Made by a program: the position numbers and the translations under genes. DNA of 64,000 bases from Dehalococcoidia bacterium (lineage in GTDB: Bacteria; Chloroflexota; Dehalococcoidia; UBA2979), in assembly GCA_964291495.2 (NCBI GenBank), contig OZ219872.1:320001-384000 (forward strand), given 5' to 3'. The first letter of the stretch is position 1, and each line of letters begins with the position of its first letter. The notes beneath the pieces were generated by a model. The model ran no database searches. It was not told the DNA's origin and was given only the letters and a program-made list of their open reading frames with translations. Positions 37,607-46,419 of the stretch are shown here, piece after piece.

Positions 37607-38473
37607 TCAGGCGTTCAGGCTGTCCGGCTCAGTATACGCGGACAACGGCTCAGCCGATGCACTCGCCGCCGCCGCCGCCTCGGACGCCTCGTCGCCGCCC
37701 TCCGCCCGGGGCGTCTGGCGCACCTCCGACAGGAAGCGCGCACTGCCCAGGTCGCGCTCGGCCATCGCGCGCATCAGCTCGTGCATGACCCGCTCGAGGG
37801 CCGAGGCGAGCTCGGGGGTGAGGCGCACGCGCGCGGCCTCCTCGTACGGCTCCTGCTGGATGTAGCGCAGCACCTTCAGCACGGGCGCTTCGATCGGCCC
37901 CGCCTCCGGGTGCGAGCTGCGGCAGGCCGTACAGATCACGCCTCCCGCGAGCGGCGACCAGGCCAACGTGTCCGCCGACACCGGCTCCCCGCAGGCCGCG
38001 CAGTCGCGCCACTCCGGCCGGAAGCCGGTCGCATCAAGCAGCCCCAGCTCGAACGATCTCGCAACGAGCTGCTCGCCGTCGCCGCGCGCGAGCCGCAGCA
38101 GCGCGATCAGCAGCAGGCGGTAGACGGCGTCCGCCTCGGCGTGCTCGACCGTGAAGCGGTCGGCCAGCTCCAGCAGGTAGAGCGCGAGGCTGAGCCGGTC
38201 GAGGTCGTCGCGGATCGCGGCGAAGCCCTCGAGCGTCTGGGCCTGGGTAATGATGTCGAGGTTGCGGCCGTGGGCAAGCAGCACCTCGGCATGGGTGAGC
38301 GGCTCCAGGTGGCCGGCGAGCCGGCTGCGCGGGCGCAGCGCGCCCTTGGCGATCGCGTCGATCTTTCCCCGCGCGGGGGTAAGGAGGGTGACGATGCGAT
38401 CGCTGTCGCCAAAGCGGCGGTGGCGGATCACCACCGCCTCGCTGCGGGTAACGCGGGGGGCGCGCGCGGGCAT
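37607..38473 (-). CDS. recO: DNA repair protein RecO
   Basis: DRIVTLLT...GK..A.AKG, C..CG...GG..C..C zinc finger. Confidence 0.93.
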   Translation of the reverse strand: MPARAPRVTRSEAVVIRHRRFGDSDRIVTLLTPARGKIDAIAKGALRPRSRLAGHLEPLTHAEVLLAHGRNLDIITQAQTLEGFAAIRDDLDRLSLALYLLELADRFTVEHAEADAVYRLLLIALLRLARGDGEQLVARSFELGLLDATGFRPEWRDCAACGEPVSADTLAWSPLAGGVICTACRSSHPEAGPIEAPVLKVLRYIQQEPYEEAARVRLTPELASALERVMHELMRAMAERDLGSARFLSEVRQTPRAEGGDEASEAAAAASASAEPLSAYTEPDSLNA

Positions 38474-38490
38474 GGGTACAGGTTAAACGA

Positions 38491-38518
38491 CGGGAGCCGG
38501 CCCAGAGGCCGGCTCCCG
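38491..38518 (-). terminator. Stem-loop after the SBP gene (probable terminator)
   Basis: CGGGAGCCGGCC-4nt-GGCCGGCTCCCG 12-bp hairpin followed by TCGTTT on the minus strand. Confidence 0.7.
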
Positions 38519-38539
38519 GTTCTCTCGCCTCGTGCGAGT

Positions 38540-40549
38540 CTAGCCGCGCAGGTCCACCGTGAGGCTCTGCTCCGGCGGGTCGGGGTCGAGCCACGTCTTG
38601 TGCATGGAGTAGCCCCAGTCCCAGAAGCTGTGGATGCCGATGTACGGCCCGTGGAAGCGCACGAAGCGCACCTCGGGGCGCAGGATGAAGATGCCCGCCG
38701 AGGCCGGCAGCTTGTCCATCCAGTACGCCTCGTCGTTCATCTGCTTCATGATCTGCACGAACAGCTCACGCCGCGCGTCCGGGTCGATCTCGCTGAACTG
38801 CCGGTCGGCGAGGTCGTCGATGACCGGGTCCACGATGTTGAAGTGCTGCACCGAGGACTGGGAGTGGATGTTCTCCCAGAAGTAGCCGTTTGCCGTCGGG
38901 GCGGCGGTCGACCAGCCCTGGATCATGTCCGATCCGCGGCGCTCCGGGTCCGAGAACCCCTGCGCGTAGTACTGGTCGGCGAAGGCGGCGCCGTCGGCCG
39001 GCAGCTGCTCAGGGGCGAAGCCGAGAGCGGTGAGATCCTCGAAGATCAACTGCGTGTCCGCGCCGGGCCCCGAGAATCCGCCCGGGGCGCGGTGGCGAAT
39101 CTTCGTCCCCGGCTCGACGCCGGCCGCAGCGATCAGCTTCGCCGCCTCGTCCGGGTTGTAATCCTTCGTGCTGCCGAAGGCGTCACGGCCCGGGTACGTG
39201 TCGGAGTAGAACGGCCAGCCGAACGCCGGCAGCGAGTCCGGCCACTTTTGGCCTGGGTAGCGGATCGCGAGGTAGCGGTCCACGTCCATGCCGAGCTTGA
39301 TGGCGCGGCGCACGCGGGTGTCGTTGAACGGCGCGACGTTGGAGTTGACCGCGTAGATGGAGATGCCCATCAGCGACGGGTTGCTCATCACGTTCATGCC
39401 CGGGACGCTGTCCCACATCGCGTCCAGTTCCTCGATCCGCAGGGTCGGCAGGCCGTGGTAGGTCTGCCCTGTGCGGAACGCGGCCTTGAGCGTCTCGCCG
39501 TCCGTGATCGTGTCGAACCGGAAGGCGTCGAGCAGCGGCGCGCCGCCCCAGTAGTCGGGGTTGGCCGCGAACGTCATCCGCTGGTCCTGGCTGGTGTTTG
39601 CCGGGTCCAGGATCCCCGGCCCGGTCCCGATCGGCGTCGTGTCGGCAATGCCGGCGTCGTAGACCTCGGTCGCGTAAATCGGCAACTCGCGATTGCCCGC
39701 CACGACGAGGATGTCGGCGTTCGGCTTGTCCATGTTGAAGCGCACGGTGCGATCGTCCACCGCCTCGGCGGCTCCGAGGCCGAGCAGCAGGCCGGACTGG
39801 CGGCCGCTCTGCATGCGCGCGTAGTGCTGCGCCACGTCGGCGGCGACCAGCGCGCGGCCGTTCACCGGCGCGACGTTGTGGAAGTTCGCCTCTCGCAGCG
39901 AGAAGGTCAGCGTCAGACCGTCCGGCGCCACCTCCCAGCCGGTCGCCAACCCGAAGTCCGGGTTGAGCTCCATCTGGTAGACGTTGAAGTCCGGCCCGTG
40001 GTGGTAGCCCACCAGCATGTCGCCGGCCATCGTGTTGACCGACTGCGTGATGTAGCCGCCGGTGGTGACGTTGTCGAAGCTCCCGTGGCCGTACCGCGCC
40101 CCGTAGGTGAGGATGCCGCCGGAGACCGGGGTCTTGTCCGGCTCCTTCCAGCCGTAGGCGAACGGCGCGCCGTCGTTGCGCGCGTTGCCGACGTAGTCGT
40201 AGGCCGGCTCCAGGGCATAGCCCGGGCCCGACGGCTCGGGAGCCGCGGTGGCCGTCGCCGCTGCCCCGGCCGCCGGCGTCGCCGTCGGGGTCGGGGTTGG
40301 AGTCGCGGTCCGCTCGATTGCGGCGGTCGGGATCGCGGTCGCGGCTGCCGTCGGCGTTGCCGCAGCCGGCGCCTGCGTAGCCGCGGGGGCCGGAGCCTCG
40401 TCGTCGTCGTCGCCGCAGCCAATGAGCGCAGCAGCGGTCAGCCCGGCCGCGCCGATCACGCCGCCGCGGAGAACGCTGCGCCGGCTGACGCGTGACCCGA
40501 CGAGTCTGGACAGCCCGTTCTGCTCGGTGCTCGGTGCTTGCTTCGTCAT
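38540..40549 (-). CDS. ABC transporter family-5 substrate-binding protein (Tat lipoprotein)
   Basis: SRRSVL twin-Arg, LIGC lipobox, AT/P linker, FH..APVNGR...A.DV, IGTGP, PFND.RVR.A. Confidence 0.9.
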   Translation of the reverse strand: MTKQAPSTEQNGLSRLVGSRVSRRSVLRGGVIGAAGLTAAALIGCGDDDDEAPAPAATQAPAAATPTAAATAIPTAAIERTATPTPTPTATPAAGAAATATAAPEPSGPGYALEPAYDYVGNARNDGAPFAYGWKEPDKTPVSGGILTYGARYGHGSFDNVTTGGYITQSVNTMAGDMLVGYHHGPDFNVYQMELNPDFGLATGWEVAPDGLTLTFSLREANFHNVAPVNGRALVAADVAQHYARMQSGRQSGLLLGLGAAEAVDDRTVRFNMDKPNADILVVAGNRELPIYATEVYDAGIADTTPIGTGPGILDPANTSQDQRMTFAANPDYWGGAPLLDAFRFDTITDGETLKAAFRTGQTYHGLPTLRIEELDAMWDSVPGMNVMSNPSLMGISIYAVNSNVAPFNDTRVRRAIKLGMDVDRYLAIRYPGQKWPDSLPAFGWPFYSDTYPGRDAFGSTKDYNPDEAAKLIAAAGVEPGTKIRHRAPGGFSGPGADTQLIFEDLTALGFAPEQLPADGAAFADQYYAQGFSDPERRGSDMIQGWSTAAPTANGYFWENIHSQSSVQHFNIVDPVIDDLADRQFSEIDPDARRELFVQIMKQMNDEAYWMDKLPASAGIFILRPEVRFVRFHGPYIGIHSFWDWGYSMHKTWLDPDPPEQSLTVDLRG

Positions 40550-40706
40550 TCGCCCCTCCTGGATCGCGGACGGACCCGCGCGCCGCAGGCCGCCCTGATC
40601 GCTGTACGCTTCGCGCTACGGTACGGTTCTGTTCAACCCTGCGCAAGTACCGAACCACGTCGCGGATAATGATTGTTCACGAGGTTGTCCCAGCGCCCTC
40701 GTGCAG

Positions 40707-41600
40707 CTAGCGCGAACCTCGCAGCCTCGGGTCCAGAACGTCTCGCACTACATCTCCGAGCAGGTTGAACGCGAGCACGGTGACGCTGATCGCAACGGCG
40801 GGGAAGAACGCCAGCCAGGGCGCAAGCTCCATGTACTGGCGGCCCTTGTCGCTCAGCATCAGGCCCCACGACGGCTCCGGCTCCTGCGCGCCCATCCCGA
40901 GGAAGGCGAGCCCGGCCTCGATCAGGATCGCCGCGCCGAGGACCGTGGACATCATGATCAGGATCGGCGCGACCACGTTCGGCAGGATGTGGCGCAGCAT
41001 GATGCGCAGCGGGCCGGCGCCGATCACCCGCGCCGCGTCCACGTAGACATTCTCCTTGACGGCGAGTACGGCGCTGCGGATCACGCGCGCGTTGAAGGGG
41101 ATGATCACGAGGATGATCGCAACGATCCCAGTCGTCACGCCCGGCGTGAAGATCGAGACGAAGAACAGCGCCAGGACGATCCCCGGAATCGCCAGCATCG
41201 CGTCCACGACGCGCTGCGAGATGAGGTCCAGCCAGCTTCCGGCGAACCCCGAGATCAACCCCCACGCCGCGCCGACAAGGCAGCCGCCGGCCGTCGCGAG
41301 GAAGCCCACCCAGAGCGAGATCCGCGCGCCCTGCATCACGCGCGACAGCTGATCGCGGCCGAGGTCGTCCGTGCCGAACGGGTGATCGAGGCTCGGCCCC
41401 ACCAGCACCGCCCGCGACGTCTGGTACGGATCCTTCCCCACGTCGGCGAAGACCGCGCCCAGGACCACCAGGGCCAGCACCCCGAACGACGCCGCGCCGA
41501 CGGGCGAGGTGAGGATCCGGATCGCCGCGTCGAGGGCGGGATGGCGCCCCGCGCCGAGGAACTCGCGCACTGCCGGGGCCGCCACCGTCTGCTCAGCCAC
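40707..41600 (-). CDS. ABC transporter permease (DppC-like)
   Basis: HPFGTDDLGRD, AAR.IGA, HILPN, PSWG.ML, FNLLGD..RD.LDPR. Confidence 0.95.
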   Translation of the reverse strand: MAEQTVAAPAVREFLGAGRHPALDAAIRILTSPVGAASFGVLALVVLGAVFADVGKDPYQTSRAVLVGPSLDHPFGTDDLGRDQLSRVMQGARISLWVGFLATAGGCLVGAAWGLISGFAGSWLDLISQRVVDAMLAIPGIVLALFFVSIFTPGVTTGIVAIILVIIPFNARVIRSAVLAVKENVYVDAARVIGAGPLRIMLRHILPNVVAPILIMMSTVLGAAILIEAGLAFLGMGAQEPEPSWGLMLSDKGRQYMELAPWLAFFPAVAISVTVLAFNLLGDVVRDVLDPRLRGSR

Positions 41601-41614
41601 GCCCTACTCCCCCG

Positions 41615-42643
41615 TTACGAGTACCGGATGCGCGGATCGATCAGCCCGTAGGTGAGATCGACCACGAGGTTCACAAGGACGAAGACGACCGCCATGAGCA
41701 GCACCGTCGCCTGGACGACCGGATAGTCGCTGATCCGGACCGAATCGAGCGTGAGCCGGCCGAGGCCCGGAAGGCGGAAGATCTGCTCCACGATCACGGT
41801 GCCGCCGAAGACGAAGGCGATCTGGCCGGCCATGATCGTGAGCACGGGAATCACGGCGTTGCGCAGCGCGTGCTTGAGGATCACGGGGCGCTCGGCGAGG
41901 CCCTTGGCGCGCGCGGTGCGCACGTAATCCTCGCGCAGCACCTCCAGCATCGTCGAGCGCATCATGCGGGCGCTGATCGCCGAGAGCCGGTAGCCGATGA
42001 TCAGCGCGGGGAGGATCAGCGCCTGTAGGTTCGTCCACGGATCATCGAAGATCGGCACGTAGAGCGGCGGCAGCCAGGGCTGCAGCGCCCCGAACGTCAC
42101 TTCGTCGATGTAGACGGTGAGAAACAGCACCAGCAGCGTGCCCCAGACGAAGTCCGGGACCGAGAGCCCGAAGATCGTGAACAGCCTCGCGCCGTAGTCG
42201 ATCGGGCGGTCCTGGTTCACCGCCGAGATGATCCCCAGCGGCACGGCCAGCGCGGGCGCCAGCAAGACCGCCAGCAGCACGAGCTCCATGCTCAGCGGCA
42301 ACCGCTCCTTGACCAGATCGTTGATCGAGTTGTGCGTACGCAGCGAATCGCCGAGGTCGCCCCTCAGCAGCCCGCCGCCCTCGCAGCCGCCGAGCCCGGG
42401 CAGCCCGTTGAAGGCGTCGCCCAGCGCCCAACACTTGTACTGGTGGGGCCACGAGCGATCGAGGCCCAACTGGGCCCGCCGCTCGTCCAGCCGTTCCTGG
42501 TCGAGCACGCCGCCGCCGTCGGCGATCGCCATCTTCGTGACCGCGTCGCCCGGGATCAGCCGCATCAGGCTGAACACGATCACGGTGACGAAGAAGACTG
42601 TCGGGATCGCCGCGAGCAGGCGCTTGATGATGTATTGCGTCAT
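41615..42643 (-). CDS. ABC transporter permease (DppB-like)
   Basis: YII.RLL, PGD, DYVRTARAKGL, HALRNA, E.IF.LPGLG, DYP, IDPRI. Confidence 0.95.
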   Translation of the reverse strand: MTQYIIKRLLAAIPTVFFVTVIVFSLMRLIPGDAVTKMAIADGGGVLDQERLDERRAQLGLDRSWPHQYKCWALGDAFNGLPGLGGCEGGGLLRGDLGDSLRTHNSINDLVKERLPLSMELVLLAVLLAPALAVPLGIISAVNQDRPIDYGARLFTIFGLSVPDFVWGTLLVLFLTVYIDEVTFGALQPWLPPLYVPIFDDPWTNLQALILPALIIGYRLSAISARMMRSTMLEVLREDYVRTARAKGLAERPVILKHALRNAVIPVLTIMAGQIAFVFGGTVIVEQIFRLPGLGRLTLDSVRISDYPVVQATVLLMAVVFVLVNLVVDLTYGLIDPRIRYS

Positions 42644-42761
42644 GCCATTCCGCGCCCAGCTCTCACCGGCGTACGTGCACGCCGGCGGGCGTGTCTTGCA
42701 GCGTCGGGGAGTCTCGCAATGGGCGGGGTGGATGTCAATCGCCGCGCCAGAGAACGCACGG

Positions 42762-43427
42762 CTACTCGACGCGCTGACGGTGCGCCAGGGCGCGCTCGAG
42801 CGTGACGTTGTCGGCATACTCGAGGTCCGCCCCGGCCGGCAGGCCGCGCGCGAGGCGCGTGACGCGCACCCCCAGCGGCTCGATCAACCTCGCGAGGTAC
42901 ATCGCCGTCGCCTCACCCTCGAGGTTCGGGTTCGTGGCGACGATCACCTCGAACACGGGCACGGTCGTCGAGGCGTCCGGCTCCTCCCCGCCCTCGTCCG
43001 CCGCCGGGTCCGCGCCGTCGAGCCGGCGCAGCAACTCGCGGATCCGCAAGTCCTCGGGGCCAACGCCGTCGGCCGGCGAGATCACGCCGTGCAGCACGTG
43101 GTAGAGCCCGTGGTATCCCTGCGTGCGCTCGATCGCCACGAGGTCCAGCGGCTCCTCGACCACGCAGATCACGCTGCGGTCGCGCTGCCCGTCGAGGCAG
43201 ATCGGGCACGGGTCGTCGTCGCTGATCTGCTGGCAGCGCGAGCAGAAGACCGTACGCTCCTTCACCTCGATCAGCGCCTCGGCGAGGTCCCGTGCCTCGC
43301 CCGTGGGTGAGCGCAGCACGTGGTAGGCGAGGCGCTGCGCCGACTTCGGGCCGATGCCCGGCAGCCGCCGGAACGCCTCGACCAGGCGCGAGATCGAGGA
43401 GCCCGTGTCGCCATCGCGCAGCGTCAC
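42762..43427 (-). CDS. recR: Recombination protein RecR
   Basis: LPGIGPKSAQRLA, C..C...C..C, YHVLHG.ISP, EGEATA, GLP.G..LEY.D. Confidence 0.96.
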   Translation of the reverse strand: MTLRDGDTGSSISRLVEAFRRLPGIGPKSAQRLAYHVLRSPTGEARDLAEALIEVKERTVFCSRCQQISDDDPCPICLDGQRDRSVICVVEEPLDLVAIERTQGYHGLYHVLHGVISPADGVGPEDLRIRELLRRLDGADPAADEGGEEPDASTTVPVFEVIVATNPNLEGEATAMYLARLIEPLGVRVTRLARGLPAGADLEYADNVTLERALAHRQRVE

Positions 43428-43497
43428 GATCGGCGCTCCCGGAGGGAGTGCGCCTTCGTGCGCAACGGGTGGTCCAGGGGGCGCCGCACGTTCGCCG

Positions 43498-45276
43498 TCA
43501 GTCCTCGATCGGGACCGCGCCGAGCTTGCGCGCCTCCTCGAAGAGGTGGCCGCCGCGCTCGGCGGGCGGGGCTGCGGGCGGTGGCCCGGCAGGAGGCGGC
43601 GCGCCGCCCGGCGGTCCCGCGGGCGGCGCCGAAGCAGCAGGGGCGGCGGCGCGCGGCGGGGCGGCGCTCTGCAGCGCGTCCCAGACCACCGGCACGACTT
43701 TGACCTCGCGGCCCGCGACGCCCCCGACGGCAGAGCGCATCGCCTCGAGCACAGCCGGATCGCCGAGCGCCTTCTCGACCAGGAACTGCGACTGGAAGCC
43801 GATCTCCACCGTGTCGCCCTCGAAGCTCTTGATGTAGCAGCGCGAGTTGAGCAGCGCGCCTGCCGTCTGGTGCGCGGCGCGCGCGCCATCCCGGATCTCG
43901 GCGTGGCGCTCGCGCAGCGCGACGAGCTCCGGCGAGGCGTCCTCGCCCTCGGGCAGCACCGGCGGCGGCGGCCCGCGGCGGGCAGGCGTCGTGGTGCGCT
44001 GGGCGGCCGCAGGCGCCGGCTCGGTGCGCGGCTGCGGCGGGCGTGGCCCGCGAGGCGCGGCCTGCTGCTGTCCGCCTCGCGGCTGGCGCTGTGCCCGCTC
44101 GCGGCGCGGGGCCGCCTCGCGGCGTCCTTGCGCGGAAGGCTGCTGCGCCGGCTGCGGTGCGGGAGGGGCCTCGGACGCCGCGAGGGCGTCCCCCTCCGCC
44201 GGCAGCCCGACGGCGAGCGAGGCGAAGGCGATCTCCGCCGGCAGCGCGTCGTAGGCGTCGCCCGCGAAATCGATCTCACCAAGGGCGCGGAGCGCGGCGA
44301 CGATGTCCGCCGCCTGCGTCTCCTCGACGATCGGCCGCAGCTCGGCGAGCTGGGCGTCGGACAGGCCCAGCTCCTCGTTCCCGCCCGCGCGCAGCAGCAG
44401 CACCGTGCGCAGCGTCTGCACCACCTCGCGGACGAACGCCCGCACCTCGATGCCGTCGTCGCGCACCGAGGCGAGCAGTGCGAGGCCGGCGGGCAGGTTG
44501 CGGCCGACCGCCGCGCGGGCGAGCGCCGTCGCGCGATCGTCGACGACGAGCCCGAGGCCGCGCTGCACCGCCTCGAGGTCCAGCTCGCTACCGTGGTAGG
44601 CGGCGAGCTGGTCGAGCAGGTTGACGGCGTCGCGGAAGGAGCCTCCGGCCTGCCGGGCGATCAGCTCCGGGCCGCCCTCGGCGACGCTGATGCCCTCGCC
44701 TCCGGCGATCACGGCGATGCGCTCGACGAGTGCGGGCATCGAGGCGCGGCGGAAGTCGAAGCGCTGGCAGCGCGAGCTGATCGTCGGCGGGATGCGGTGC
44801 GGCGCGGTGGTGGCGAGCACGAAGATGACGTGGGCCGGCGGCTCCTCGAGGGTCTTGAGCAGCGCGTTGAAGGCCGCGTCGGTCAGCATGTGGACCTCGT
44901 CCACGAGGTAGACCTTGTACGCGCCCGCGTTGGGCGCGTAGCCGACGCTCTCGCGCAGCGCGCGCACCTCGTCGATGCCGCGGTTGGAGGCCGCGTCCAG
45001 CTCGATCAGGTCCAGGGCACGGCCCTCGTTGAAGGCGAGGCAGGAGGTGCAGGCGTTGTCCGGCTCGCCGTCGCGAGGGGCCTCGCAGTTCACGGCCTTG
45101 GCGAGGATGCGCCCGGTGCTGGTCTTGCCGGTGCCGCGAGGGCCGGTGAAGAGGTAGGCGTGGGCGGGCGAGCCGGCGGCGACCGCGTTGCGCAGCGTGG
45201 TGGTGATCGGGTCTTGTCCGGCGACCTCGGCGAAGCCGCCGGGGCGCCACTTGCGGTAGAGGACTTCCTGGCTCAC
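43498..45276 (-). CDS. dnaX: DNA polymerase III subunit gamma/tau
   Basis: LYRKWRP, GPRGTGKTS, ELDAASNRG, DEVHML, LKTLEEPP, SRCQ. Confidence 0.96.
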   Translation of the reverse strand: MSQEVLYRKWRPGGFAEVAGQDPITTTLRNAVAAGSPAHAYLFTGPRGTGKTSTGRILAKAVNCEAPRDGEPDNACTSCLAFNEGRALDLIELDAASNRGIDEVRALRESVGYAPNAGAYKVYLVDEVHMLTDAAFNALLKTLEEPPAHVIFVLATTAPHRIPPTISSRCQRFDFRRASMPALVERIAVIAGGEGISVAEGGPELIARQAGGSFRDAVNLLDQLAAYHGSELDLEAVQRGLGLVVDDRATALARAAVGRNLPAGLALLASVRDDGIEVRAFVREVVQTLRTVLLLRAGGNEELGLSDAQLAELRPIVEETQAADIVAALRALGEIDFAGDAYDALPAEIAFASLAVGLPAEGDALAASEAPPAPQPAQQPSAQGRREAAPRRERAQRQPRGGQQQAAPRGPRPPQPRTEPAPAAAQRTTTPARRGPPPPVLPEGEDASPELVALRERHAEIRDGARAAHQTAGALLNSRCYIKSFEGDTVEIGFQSQFLVEKALGDPAVLEAMRSAVGGVAGREVKVVPVVWDALQSAAPPRAAAPAASAPPAGPPGGAPPPAGPPPAAPPAERGGHLFEEARKLGAVPIED

Positions 45277-45414
45277 CGACACCCCATGGCCCGGCCGGGG
45301 GGACTCGGCCGTCGCCGCCCGGCCAGTGTACCAGCGCGGCGGACCGGCAGCCGCTTGCCCTCGAGGGCGTCCCACTCCACGGCGCGCAAGTGCGGCCGCC
45401 TGTACCCTCGACCC

Positions 45415-45927
45415 GTGGGCTACGAGATCTCGATCGAGCTGGACGGCGCGGCGCGCGACCTGGACGCGCGGCCCGTGCGCGTGATGATCCGGCGCGCCCT
45501 CGCCGGCGAGGGTGTCGCAGACGCCGCCGTCGCGCTGCTCTTCGCCGGGGACGAGTTGCTGCTGCGGCTCAACCGCGAGCACCGCGGCATCGAGGACTTC
45601 ACGGACGTGCTCGCCTTCCCCGCCGAGGAGGGCGAGACGGCCCCTCGCGACGACTTCCGGGGCGACGGTCCCGAGGGCGACGACGAGCCGCCGCCGTTCC
45701 TCGGCGACATCGCCGTCTCCACACCCGCGGTGCGCCGCCAGGCCGAGGACGCCGGCCTCGCCTTCGAGACGGAGCTGCACCACGTCGTGCTGCACGGCCT
45801 GCTGCACCTGCTCGGCTACGACCACGACGCCGCGGAAGGCGCGGTGGCGATGCGCGAGCGCGAGGAGGCCGTGCTCGGCGGCGAGATCCACGCCGCAGGC
45901 GGCGGCCACGGGACGCACGGAGACTGA
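45415..45927 (+). CDS. ybeY: rRNA maturation RNase YbeY
   Basis: LN.E.RG....TDVL.F, LGDI.VS, HGLLHLLGYDH. Confidence 0.94.
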   Translation: MGYEISIELDGAARDLDARPVRVMIRRALAGEGVADAAVALLFAGDELLLRLNREHRGIEDFTDVLAFPAEEGETAPRDDFRGDGPEGDDEPPPFLGDIAVSTPAVRRQAEDAGLAFETELHHVVLHGLLHLLGYDHDAAEGAVAMREREEAVLGGEIHAAGGGHGTHGD

Positions 45928-45953
45928 CGGGGTCTGCGCTCGCCGGTCTCGAG

Positions 45954-46337
45954 GGCGCCTCGTAGCTCCGTGCCGCGAGTGGCTCGGACGGGCTCGCGCT
46001 GGCGCGCGGCCCGGACCCACCCACCCGCCCCGGATTCCTTCTGATGTGGGGGGGCTGCGCCCCCCACGCCCCCGCCGGATCTGCAGGCAACCGCAGGAGC
46101 GGCGCCAAGCGCGCCTCTTCGTGCGAAACGCGCCCCACGGACCTGGGTTGATCGGCACCTCCGGCCCCCTCTCCCCTCGCGGGAGAGGGCGGGGGTGAGG
46201 GGGCGCCGCGCGCCAGCGCGGCTACTCGAGGCGCCTGATCTCCGGGCAGTATGAGGGTGCGCCGCGCATCGTGGTGCTGGAGACCATGGAAAGCTGCGCC
46301 CTCCAGACCCCAGGAAGACCGAGGGCGGGTGGGTGGG
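45954..46337. repeat. Cluster of nested inverted repeats / REP-like elements
   Basis: 16-bp perfect IR 45995-46010/46205-46220; 15-bp IR 46016-46030/46323-46337; GGGGGGCTGCGCCCCCC and CCCTCTCCC..GGGAGAGGG hairpins. Confidence 0.7.
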
Positions 46338-46419
46338 CCAGGGCCGCCCTGCGGGGTATCCCCGCGTCAAGGGCAGCACGGCGCGCGTGCTCGTCCGGGA
46401 TGGGGCGTGGGAGGCCTCG

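Noticed and set aside
45283-45414. Possible SRP RNA upstream of dnaX
   Set aside because: No GGAA-tetraloop helix-8 motif (CAGG..GGAA..AGCAG) found; region is a short divergent promoter
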